A DNA stretch of 64,000 nt, taken from Chlorokybus atmophyticus (lineage: Eukaryota > Plantae > Mesostigma and Chlorokybus algae). The notes below the pieces were generated by a model that worked only from the letters and a program-made list of their open reading frames with translations, was not told the DNA's origin and ran no database searches. The stretch covers positions 62,001 to 126,000 of the forward strand of contig RHPI01003536.1 in assembly GCA_009103225.1 (NCBI GenBank), read 5' to 3'. Position numbers and translations under genes: made by a program. Below, in pieces: positions 1-11,839 of this stretch (the stretch's first letter is position 1; each line of letters opens with the position of its first letter).

Positions 1-766
1 GCTCTCTGCATCTTGCTTTGTTCAAGGGTGCGAGAAGAAGCGCCATCCGCTCCCTCGCCGCTCATGTTTTTTATCATGACATGGCTTGGCATTCGTCCTT
101 CTTCCTTATGGTATTCACGCATTCGAGATGAGTTTGCTGTTGTTGCAGATATAAGCATGCGTGAGTTGGCTGTTTTGAAACCTACCGACAACTGTGTGTT
201 GACAAGTCATCAGCATTTCGACCGATTCAAGCAAGCGCACATCATAACTGTGAAGTTCATGAATTATACTCATGTAGCAACGTGGTTGGATACATCCATG
301 CTGGACAAGATGTATGCACTCAAATGTTTCGCGCCCGAGCAATCGCCTGTCAAATGCACCAATTATAATAAACGTATTAAGATCTCATATATATATATAT
401 ATATATTATACTTGAAGTATACTAAGCGGTATATTATACCGGTCAGTATACTGACCACGTAACTCTCGCACGTACCTATCGTATTGGATCGAGTAAACTG
501 CGCCTAAGCCTTACAACTATTCCTGTCATTTTGCCTACTCTAGGTTTCAAGTAGTGGTAGCACTGGTAGAGCCCTAACCGTACCTGTCATGCAAGTGGGC
601 CAACACTTGGCGCTCCTGAAAATGACTACGCGACGCCTCACCCGCTAACGATGACGTCGATGTTGCGTTGGTGCAGTCTCCTGATCTCATGTGGCAATGG
701 CCCCTGCGCAAACAGCATGCCTGAGCTTGGACGCCTTACGTAACATGTCACAGTGGGGTTGCACTA

Positions 767-2032
767 CTACACCAAAGTCAAGCGGAAGTTCAATGAATGT
801 GTTGTTACACTCAACCACCTCCAGAACAGGTTGAGCAGCCTGGCGGCAAGTCGATCCCACAGTCCTGCCGCATGCATGCACACGTAAGCGTCATCAGAAG
901 TGCGATGCAGCGCGTGTTGTGAGCAGGCAATGAGCAACACAACACAACACAAAGGTCACGTGCAGGCCTCAACCGGTAAGCATGGTTGCAATCGAACCTG
1001 GAGTGTAGCAGTAGTGCGTGCCTGCCAACAACAGCAACTGTTATTGTGGTACAGGTCCGTCATGTGCGTGCGCATGTCAGCAGTGATGCGAGAGGCCAAC
1101 ACGAACACTACAAGTGCACGACTCACAATCGCAGCAGCCGGTCCACGCGTAATCGGACTGGTTGCCACTAATGCGCTTGCACGCCTGCAGATGCATGTCG
1201 TGCCGCTGCACCGTCAGGTCGTAAAGCGGCAGAAACAGCAGCCGATCAGAAGAAGAAGATGCGCGCATCACCATCTGAAAACAGAGGACATGTTGGGTGA
1301 CGCAGAGAGTTGACAAACACGCACGCACGCACGCACGCAAACACACCTCTTGTAGTATGCGGTCCTGCGTGGCCACGTGGTTTGTCTCCACCATGCGCGG
1401 TTCCATCCTCGCGCACGTGCAGTTGCTTCGGTGCGTTGGGTCGGACAGGTTCCACGCGCCCGAGTGCGGGAAGTGCTGCGCGCTGTACCCCACCAGATGA
1501 TTCATCATGGCATCATGCTTCGTGATGTGGTGTGGTGTTGTCTCTCACCTCATCCCTCTGATCACAGCGATCTTGCCCGCGCCGGGGGTGGTCACAAACT
1601 GTTCCAGCTGGGATTGGAGGCTGATCATGTCTACGGCAAACCTTTCGATGTCAAAACTCTGCGCACGAGCAGTCGTGCTTTGTTAGAAGTAAGTAGCTAC
1701 CTTCATTACCGGTAACCAGGCGGAACTATGGCTGCTTTGCTTTGCCATTGTACTCAGGCGGCTGAATGCATGCACACACGCATGCAGTGCGAGTGTGCGC
1801 GTGTGCGTGCGTGCGTGTATGTATACACACACGTACTGCGTAGTGTAGGCCGTAGTTGACGATGGCGATATCAGCCAAATCCAGAAATCTCGCCAGCACG
1901 TCCTTGTTGTAGTAATTCACGCGGGCAAACAAAAAGAGCGTGCCGTACCTCGGTGCCGCCACACCCTGTCATCAGAAAACAAGTGTGACTTCATCATGAC
2001 AGCGCATATGGCACAACAACAGGCAGGGAAAG

Positions 2033-2070
<38 letters not shown>

Positions 2071-2380
2071 CTCACTGACCTTTGTAAAGGATGCGCCGCG
2101 CTCTGCCAATATTGTCCTGAGCCAAGCCACCCTTTTGTCCGAGCCCGGTGCGGCGTTCTCACCCGCACGCACTAGCCCGCACATCAATGAGTAGAACGTC
2201 TGCAAGTGGCGTGTGCGTGAAGACGCATGCATACAACTACGCCTGCATGCGCGCACGCATGTGTGCAAGGACGCGCGTGCGTGTACTCCAGAATGTTTCC
2301 CTGTGTGCATGCATGCGAGTGCGGGTGCGGATGCATATGCTCTTTGCCCCGTGCAACGGTGCGCGCGTGGCAGGGAGAAA

Positions 2381-2445
<65 letters not shown>

Positions 2446-3113
2446 NCAGTTCAGACAGCAGCAACTGCAGTGTGTGCAGCATGCGCACCTGGAACATGAT
2501 GGAGTCGCCAACCATGATGACTGTCTTGTTGCCTATGAGCTCCGCCAGTAGTGCCATTGGATGGGGGCTGCCACCAAGGGTGTCGTCATGATCCATACTG
2601 TCCTCTTCATACGGATCCCACGTTGGCCTGACAGACAGTAGGGCAGGTTGCGTTCAGTCTTGTCTCTCTCAACCATCCCAATCATGCTGATCACAGGACA
2701 GAAAACATCAATGCATGCATCCAGCCCGCATGTTTCTCTAGATCTTACCATTCTGTGGGTTTTGGCCTTGCTGCGCAGTGTTTGTAGTCTTTGGCGTCGT
2801 CTCCTTCGTGCATGAAGTTCAGCGTGACGCAGGGTGGGCTGCGCTCGCAGTCTGCAAACGTGACGGGCGTCACGCCATCCTCAAGGAAGCGCTCCGCCCT
2901 GCCTTCAAGAGACTGGTAGCAACGCTCCCTCACTGTGGATGGCCTCTCACGTGGAATGAGCTCAATCTCAAGACTCTGAGTGATATTGTCCTGGTCACCT
3001 TCATCAGCTGCTGCAGTCAGCAGAGAAGAGGACGCTGCCAGCAGCGAAGCAATGAAGGCAGACAGCAGCGCTGATAGCAATGCTGAGGAGGAGCAGGAGG
3101 CTGAGCCCGCCAT
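767..3113 (-). CDS. Multi-exon SGNH/GDSL-like esterase/O-acetyltransferase (TBL / PC-esterase-like) with N-terminal hydrophobic anchor
   Basis: Spliced by eye: N-terminal MAGSASCSSSALLSALL..; GNKTVIMVGDSIMFQ (GDS motif); IAIVNYGLHY; GCCD+CTHYCYTP+GLWDRL rebuilt across GT-AG introns at about 1122/1010 (DxxH motif). Exon boundaries approximate. Confidence 0.7.
2381..2445. repeat. Poly-G tract (65 nt, followed by an N) inside an intron
   Basis: Seen directly; its length is unreliable because of the adjacent N. Confidence 0.9.
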
Positions 3114-3287
3114 GCACGCTCCCTCTCACTGAGAGCTGCTTTTGAGAGAGAAGAAGCCGACAAGGTGTTGGGTTGCAAGCTGTGTTTCTACACAAGCTTG
3201 TCCTAGGCTTCTTCCTTACGCCTTTCTACTGCCTAGTTCCAGCTACACTGCGATTTTTTCAACAGCTTTGAATGAACAACCATACTG

Positions 3288-3323
<36 letters not shown>

Positions 3324-5565
3324 TAAGCGTAGTACACGCGACGATGCCACGCGAGCTTGAAGAGGCGCGAGCTTCCTTTGAGAGCGTTGGCTCCCCGCAG
3401 AGCATCATTGCAGGCTACTGTAACCTTCAAGCTATTGAATAGTTGCAAGTTTAACTCGCACGCTGGAACCGGTTCTTCATGTACCGAATTCCAAGATATG
3501 TGTCGTACAACACCGGGGCACAACCTGTCAGCTGCACAGCGCGCACCAAGAAGTAATACTTCGACCTAGCACACGTGCCGCACGCGCCAACCGTGACTTT
3601 CAGTCTGTAAGGCGCCTAAGCTTGAGCCGACATCACAGCGTGGTGTGTGTCATCCTTTCAGTGACACCCAACGCCGACTGCCGACCAAAGCACACCACAC
3701 TGCCATGTCGTGAAATCATCCATTGATTCTCACATTGATGCTCACTTATGCCTCTTGTGTCACAAAGCAGACAGCCACCATGGCGTGTTCGCACAGTCTA
3801 GTATCTCGTATGCAATAAGCAAATACAACGGTTCAATCTCAATGAGTGCATAGCCTACAACAATACAACATGTCAAATCATGGGCAACAATAATCAATTC
3901 GTCGCATATCCGCGTTGAGTACATAAGGTCCATGGTTTTTTGATGAGGGCACAAACTTCATGCAACTATTTAAGGTAATCCATACCACGTTACTTGTGAA
4001 ACGGAAAAGTATGTTAAGACTAATATGATATTTTTGCACGACCATCCGACTGATGATTGTTATGGAATGATAGCGCTAGCACAACAATAGATGCTGTTGT
4101 TAGACTTACACTATTATTGCGAATAATAACTTACTTACCTATATATCAATCCAGCAAAACTAGCATTATTGAATGCAATGTTGTGCTTAACGATCATGTC
4201 CTAGACGAGTGTTTGCTACCTGTATCATAATGATCTATTGGTATGAGCCACAGCTTATGACCTTTAATACTATTTCTGTTTCATTTTCATTCGTCTTTGC
4301 AAACAACTCAAATAACATCTAGCAACAAATGAAAAGCACCGGGCTAGTTGAATGCTTTGAAACAAGTAGGCAACGTGCGTTATTAAGCATTATGTTTGCA
4401 ACAAAAAACATACATGAATGAACTTATGCATAGATTAACTCTGGAGTTTATATTCTTCGCACGTAGACCTTTTTGTAATGTATTATGGTTGTAGCCTATA
4501 ATGGCTGTATCAACACTGCCCAAGGTTTGTTGAAGCTTGTAGAGTTTCATCACCTTAAAAAATGTTCAACGATGGCTAGCCAACAAAAATAAAGCTAAAG
4601 ACCACGTGACAACAGGGTATTGGTAATAATATGTACTATTACATGCGAGTGGGTAAATAATGTCACATACATTGTACAATAGCACAAGAAGAAGTCATTT
4701 ACTACAATCATTTGTAAAAGATTTATGCCATAACATACCCTAAATGGCATTTCATCACAAAGATTTTATATACGCGACTTGTTTGTGTTGTCATCGATAA
4801 AGCTCAGTTTTAACTAAGTAATAAATACTTATACATCAACATAATACAATATATATTAATGTGTACCTGTACAAAAGCTGATAGTCATTATGTGAAGGTT
4901 TGTGAAAATAACCTTTATTAGGTTAGGATATTGTGTTCATGAACAAACCAATCTGTATGTATACTTGTAGCAATTACGCAGAAATAGATCAAGTTGTGCA
5001 TAAAGAGTACGAGTCAAAGCTCAAATCTTGCAAATCACTTAAAGTCAACATGTACAACTTGAGTTTTTTTAACAGTCAGCTGATAATCAATCTGCTATCC
5101 GCAAGTTTACAGTTTCTGCACCCCCATGTTGACACACGATAGAAATGTATACACACAAGCAGATCAAGTCGTTTGAAGAATTAATTTTCAAGCCACTTCC
5201 CTTGTCGCAACACGCAACAGGCTCAACATATGTGCGTAATAGCGAGATGATGCGGTCCGTACAATAACAGAACTGCTCTCACCTGCACTGTCTGCAATGC
5301 ACTTTTGTCAGCAAGTGCATACATCACCTAGGCAACTTGTTTGCTTGCGTGCTAACATTGCTGTATGGACTAAGACACTCAGCCTTTACTATATATACAT
5401 CAATAGTCCTGACACTAACTGGGCACAACTAGTCAACTTACACCCAACAACTATTTACTGAATTGAAAGAATTATACCCTTAACGAACAACCACGCCTGC
5501 AAATGTTAAGATACTCTACTACCAGGTGTGCGTGTATGACCCACTGCAGCAGCAGCAGCAGCATC

Positions 5566-7308
5566 TCACGTACTCAGTTGAACACTCCCTATCCCCTCCT
5601 CATCGCAGTAGCTCCTCATCCACTCCTGTCTCCCCTCATCCATCCACTCCTCCACCACCCCCTTGACCCACCCCTTCACATCCCCCACACTCACCTCAAA
5701 GTCCGGACTGTAATTGTACCCAACATAACCCATGCTCCCCCTCAGCCCCGCGCACGAGGTGGACACATTACTCCCCTGTGGGAAACCAAACTTGAGGGAG
5801 TAGTCTTTGGGGACAAGAGAGACTTTGACTAGAGTGTCGTTGGAGCGCTGCCAGTCGGCCAGGAAACCAATCGCAGAGGAGTAGGTGGAGGCAGGAGACC
5901 TGAGAGGGGGGAGGGGTGAGCGTGAGTGTGTAACAGTAGACTGGTGAGGTGATAGGATGCGTGTGAAACAGAGGTGTGACAGTGGTGTTTGTGTGTGCTT
6001 CTTACCAGTGGCCGTGTCCGCACTCGGAGTCGATCTGCACGTAAGCAATCACGGTGTTAGCATCGACTACAAATGCAACTGTCCAGTATCACAGGCAGCA
6101 CAGGCCACTAGTGTACTCGCATGATCGGCACAATGCCTCCAGATAGGGCTCTCACCTCCAGGAAGGCAGCGCAGCGAGGCAGGAACAGGGACAGAGCCCC
6201 GTGGCCGCCGTGCGTGCCCACGTACACGTCCACATTTGCAATCCCCAGTATCTGGGAGTAGAGGGTTGATTATCATTCATGCGTGAAGATACAGTGCATC
6301 ACACACACAGGCATGTGCGCACGCACGCACGCACACATACCTGATCTCGGAACTCCGGGTGCTTCTTAGGGTCGAGCTGGCACGCAAAGTGCGCTCCCTC
6401 CAGCTCATCAATATCTGTGACATACACTCTTTGCACCCCCTCTTCCTTCACCGTCTCCACGACCCCCTTCACCACCTCATCCATGTTGACAATCTTCCTG
6501 TGCCACATGTGCTTGCGCGCGTACACGCCGAAGCGTATCTCCTCTCCGTCCATCGGTCTCGACACGCGTGGAGGGGGTACCTTGAGATAATCCCACGCAG
6601 AGGTGCGGTAAGCAGCCAATGCACGGTTTACTTGGGAGTCTGTATAGATGCGAGAGCGAGGGAATAGATGACGCAAAGGCCAGATCCACATCTGGTTGAT
6701 GATGAGGGTCTCAAAGCAGGTGACGGTGTTGCCCTCGAGGGCAATGAGGTCCGCCTGCACGTGTGAAAACAACACAATGTCAGTCAAGACAGATAGTTGA
6801 AGGATGTACACCCCCACACGTGCACGCACAGTAACACACCTCGGGGGTGATCGACAACGTGACGTGTGTAAGGTGCGCCGCAAGTGCGTAGTTTGCTTCC
6901 AATGCTCGATAAAAGTGCTGATCCGCTAAAAAACGCTCCACCTTGCCTCCAATCTTCTCCTCATACTCCTCCAAGACCTGGACGGCGCTCTCGTGCAGGA
7001 CGTTCTCCATCATGTGGTGGTTGGGGTTGGGACTCCTTACTCTTACACGCATGGTCACGCCTGGAACCCAACGGGGAGGAGGAGAGAGGGTCTTAGCTGA
7101 GGGTGTGAAGCGTATGGTTGGGGTGAAGCTCTCCTCGTAGGAGTCAGCCCATTCAGGACCAGCAAGCTTGAGCTCAGGGGACTCGTCAAGCCAGGTCTCA
7201 TTGCGACCCACAAACACGTAGCGGAAGCGGGAGGGAGGTGTCTCGATGCAAACATTCTTCAACACCGCTGATAGGGGAGGACCATCCTGCAGGTTTTAAC
7301 AGGTTGGT

Positions 7309-7367
<59 letters not shown>

Positions 7368-9111
7368 NNNNNNNNNNNNNNNNNNNNNNNNNNNNNNNNN
7401 NNNNNNNNNNNNNNNNNNNNNNNNNNNNNNNNNNNNNNNNNNNNNNNNNNNNNNNNNNNNNNNNNNNNNNNNNNNNNNNNNNNNNNNNNNNNNNNNNNNN
7501 NNNNNNNNNNNNNNNNNNNNNNNNNNNNNNNNNNNNNNNNNNNNNNNNNNNNNNNNNNNNNNNNNNNNNNNNNNNNNNNNNNNNNNNNNNNNNNNNNNNN
7601 NNNNNNNNNNNNNNNNNNNNNNNNNNNNNNNNNNNNNNNNNNNNNNNNNNNNNNNNNNNNNNNNNNNNNNNNNNNNNNNNNNNNNNNNNNNNNNNNNNNN
7701 NNNNNNNNNNNNNNNNNNNNNNNNNNNNNNNNNNNNNNNNNNNNNNNNNNNNNNNNNNNNNNNNNNNNNNNNNNNNNNNNNNNNNNNNNNNNNNNNNNNN
7801 NNNNNNNNNNNNNNNNNNNNNNNNNNNNNNNNNNNNNNNNNNNNNNNNNNNNNNNNNNNNNNNNNNNNNNNNNNNNNNNNNNNNNNNNNNNNNNNNNNNN
7901 NNNNNNNNNNNNNNNNNNNNNNNNNNNNNNNNNNNNNNNNNNNNNNNNNNNNNNNNNNNNNNNNNNNNNNNNNNNNNNNNNNNNNNNNNNNNNNNNNNNN
8001 NNNNNNNNNNNNNNNNNNNNNNNNNNNNNNNNNNNNNNNNNNNNNNNNNNNNNNNNNNNNNNNNNNNNNNNNNNNNNNNNNNNNNNNNNNNNNNNNNNNN
8101 NNNNNNNNNNNNNNNNNNNNNNNNNNNNNNNNNNNNNNNNNNNNNNNNNNNNNNNNNNNNNNNNNNNNNNNNNNNNNNNNNNNNNNNNNNNNNNNNNNNN
8201 NNNNNNNNNNNNNNNNNNNNNNNNNNNNNNNNNNNNNNNNNNNNNNNNNNNNNNNNNNNNNNNNNNNNNNNNNNNNNNNNNNNNNNNNNNNNNNNNNNNN
8301 NNNNNNNNNNNNNNNNNNNNNNNCTTTTACTTACAGTGACGTAGTCTGTGACAAAGTCTGGTGTCGGAGGGGCGACGGTCACCTCTCCGGCTGGCTTCAT
8401 TCCCCCTCCAGGCAGGTCCCTGAACACCATCGGTCCCCACCCCGTGCCGGGCAGAGCAGACGCCTCGCATGAGGGCAGAAACGCCGCCCTCCTGAGGAAG
8501 ACAACTAGTAAGTACAACACGCCCGTACGCATGCAAGCCATGACACAGAATGACACCCTCTTGGTCTCTCACCTGGCCAGGATGGAAGGGTCGATTGGTG
8601 TCTCTTCGCTGGTGCTGGAGTTGCCAATAGTAGTACTACTACCATCCCTATCGCACATGCATGCAGCAGAGGAGGGGGGTTGCAACTGTGTGGCCAGCGC
8701 TCCCCCTCTCATCGTCAGGAAGCGTCCGCCGCCCCCCTGCAGGAGGAGGATGACCAGGGCGAAGGCCAGGGGGCCAAGCAGGAACACCGATACAAGGCCC
8801 AGGGAACGCAAAGGACGGGAAGACCAAGGCCAGGGCCAGGAGGAAGACCCAACAGAAGGAGACGGGGGCCTCTCTGCAGGAGGCAAGGTGTCGATGAGTT
8901 TGACATGACAAGTATGACATGACAAGTGTGACAAGACAGATGTGTTTGTTTCTGGCCACACACTTGACTCGCCTGCGTCTTCCCATGCTTGCTTCATCGC
9001 TACATGTGCCCCACTTCGCCCGCCTTCTGGCGACCCTTCGCCGCTACTGCTGCCAGCACTGCCATACATGCTGCTGGCGCTGCGCCTCCCCGGGCCAGGT
9101 ATGCTGCTCAT
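5566..9111 (-). CDS. Multi-exon type II membrane glycosyltransferase, GT61 (DUF563)-like; spans an assembly gap
   Basis: TM segment LGLVSVFLLGPLAFALVILLLQ; HRKIVNMDEV (cf. RRIxNxxEV); exon at about 6240-6150 reads DVDVYVGTHGGHGALSLFLPRCAAFLEV, matching the GT61 DVxVGxHGAGLxNxxF motif. Confidence 0.65.
7368..8323. other. Assembly gap (N run) after a (GA)n microsatellite
   Basis: N run, with (AG)n at about 7312-7367. Confidence 0.99.
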
Positions 9112-11223
9112 GGTGGCGTACAACTACACCGCTTCTGACGATGACAACTACGACAAATACAGCTACCACTGTGTTGGGCTGCTGAGTTGTGTGACAATTT
9201 CGTTGACAGACTTACGACGAGCGAGATGCGCTAGCTCTTGCCGCAAGCTTACTGCTAGGACGGCGGGAAGTCGTGCCAGACGACCCAAGAAACAAAAAAA
9301 TAACAAAAACGAGCAAGATGCGCTGAGCACGCAGAGCAGAGCAGAGCAGAGGCTTGCGCAGTATTGCGCACGCGCCAGCCTTTCTTTCCAAACCTTCAGC
9401 CTCCCCTGCCAGCTTGACTTCTTCTCGAGCACCGGTTTGCCGGTCGGTCAATCGGTCAAGTTGATCAGGGGTTCTCCGCATGCAGACCGGTGGCAAGCCG
9501 CCCCTTGGCCGGCTGAGGGAAACGCGCCCGGTCCGACCGTACCCTGCGGCTTGCGGCATCGGCCAGGAGAGGAACGTGCGCCTTTGATACTTTGGCTGCG
9601 CGAGGAGGCTAACTTATGATCATCGCGTGATCATTATAGCCTATCAGGCTATCAAATATTAGGTTTGTCGTTGTCGTATTAGGCAAGCCTGGCCCAGGCA
9701 GGGCCTCTGATTTAGAGGGGAAGGCATGACTCATGTTGTTTGGCGTTGCGCAGCTTGGACTGTGGCGTTAGTCATCCGACAGGTTGAAGCTGAAACTTGT
9801 CAAGGTGTGAAACCTCTAGGGTTCGACCCTAGTACAGTGTATACGCACGTGCCAAGGGGGCATTCTGATGGCAACGCGAACTGCACGAACTTGCACATCG
9901 ACGGTACAACCTGCTGATCCCCCCCCAAAGGCGATGCACGATCAGCAACGAAAGTACCCAGTACGGTAATCCATGCAATACCGTAAGCTAAACTTAGTGC
10001 CACGAAAGTCTTCCTATAATAAATAATCCGGCGAGGCTCTGTACAACGAAAGTGTTACTAACTTGCCGGCAGCCAGACTAATGCTTCCAATGACATTGGA
10101 CTACATGCATCGGTTGGCGGGGTTTCGGGGGAGAACAACTTATACATTCTGGCGGCGCCTTTTATGAAGATTTTGTGGCACTACGGTATCATGGAAAAGA
10201 GTATGACATTTGTAGTGGTATGTTACCATACTTTTGATTGAGTTGTTAGTAATAATCTCTGATAATATAATGTACCTCATCACATTCACGTTGATTTTGC
10301 TTGATGCATAGTTGAAATGACATGACAATGTGCGATGTTGTTTCGGATAATACTGATCTCGCATTTTGTGTCCACCGGTGTAACACATCATTATAAGCAC
10401 TACGCTATGGCAGCAAAAGTTGCTGCCATATTAAAAGCCATATGTCCCGTATGTATCCCACCGCGTAAAGGTAATATTGTTGCTCAATTCAAATTGCGGC
10501 GCAAAAATGGCCACGACTGTGTAGTTGATAATGCTTGTAACAAATCATTTTGGCAAAACCTCAGACAACATTGCCGCGCGGGTTTTATATACAAAGGCTC
10601 GGCATATAATATTATTATGCAACTTTAATGGCTTAATTGAATGAGCGCAAATACACATAGCTAGTAGCTATACCATATCTTACATGTAGGATCTATCATT
10701 CGCATGTATGCGGCGGCTGCGTACGGGTGCTTACATTACAATACATCAGGATAAAACATACATTAAAATTTATATAATCTCATTTATCCGAACGACCGAT
10801 TACAAAATTGACGCGATATGCACAACGCCGGTATTTGTTATTTGCGTTGATTGATATGATAATCTATTATATATTGGTGCAGTATGTTCAAACACAATCA
10901 TCGATTAACCATTGAAAATTTGCATAATTGGTTTGAAGCAATTATAAAAACATCTTTAACCGACTCTTTCTTAACAGACACATCAAGAAGGTTGGGACAT
11001 TTAAAATATACGGCACGTATATTGATTTTATTGCGTTTTACCCCAGCTTTATACACATAAAGACCAAAAGGCAGTTTGGGGACATTTATGTTTGAAGGTA
11101 TATGGCAAAAGTAAAGAGTGGGCCTTGAAATCCAGCAAGGTAAAAAGTTGAATAATGATATGCAAATCATGACTGTAATTGTTCATGATACCACTATCAG
11201 GCTTATTTGGTCGGCCTGCGTGT

Positions 11224-11828
11224 TGTCATGCCTATCGCCCAAGCATGCCAGTCGTCATCGGGCATGCCTACAGCGAGACCCTCGCCCGGCTTACCAGCAT
11301 GGCGACCCGCGCGCGTCTCTGACCAGTAGCTAGGTCATGTCTCTAGAGTAGCTCATGACCATAGCCTACATAGGCACCGCGCGTAGCTGTTTAGTTGTGA
11401 GTTCAGTTATCAGTCGGGTGCTATATCGAGTGGGATTTCCTGTGGAAATAGCCTCGACATGACCGTTAGCTTATGTTCTGGACAGTCATGAGTTGACTTG
11501 TATAAGTAAGCACAGTGTTCACCGGATCAGCTGGTGACACTGTAAGTGAGAAAGCTAAGAGCTTGTGAAGCGACTTGAACTACGAAACACCCCGTCCCGG
11601 TTCCCAAGAATCCCCTCACCGTGTGAGAGCCTGTGCATGTTCTTGTGCACTGTGCTTGTCCTTACTGTGAGCTTTATGTACTTGGTCACGGTGTGCTTGT
11701 TGGCATCAATCAGGGCATAGCATCCACGTGTTGCTTGCTCATTCACCTCACTTAACAGTGTAATTTCTCTTCCACTCATGCAAAAAACTGTGTAAACAGC
11801 ACTACCTATAGTAGTGGCTTGTTGACTT
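11224..11828 (+). repeat. Terminal repeat A1 (605 bp)
   Basis: Aligns end to end with 21165-21769, about 20 differences counted by eye. Confidence 0.95.
11501..11547 (+). promoter_or_regulatory. Putative element promoter (TATAAG at 11501) and predicted transcript 5' end / self-primer (GGTGACACTGT, 11533-11543)
   Basis: A TATA-like box lies about 30 nt upstream of a 15-mer that is the exact reverse complement of 11825-11839. Confidence 0.6.
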
Positions 11829-11839
11829 ACAGTGTCACC
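11829..11839 (+). promoter_or_regulatory. Putative self-priming primer-binding site (ACAGTGTCACC)
   Basis: Immediately follows A1 and is complementary to 11533-11543. No TGG-type tRNA PBS is visible. Confidence 0.65.

Noticed and set aside
13-462. 149-aa ORF at the window start
   Set aside because: It has no recognisable motif and ends in an (AT)n microsatellite.
5408-5425. Motif TAGTCCTGACACTA shared with about 50770
   Set aside because: It is too short, with no extended alignment visible.
7198-8556. Long ORFs with X runs (also 45846-46534 and 58941-59566)
   Set aside because: These are artefacts of N-gaps and flanking microsatellites.
9901-9960. Hammerhead ribozyme (CTGCTGA ... CGAAA)
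   Set aside because: The core should be CUGANGA, and the U-H cleavage triplet pairing with GAAA is missing.
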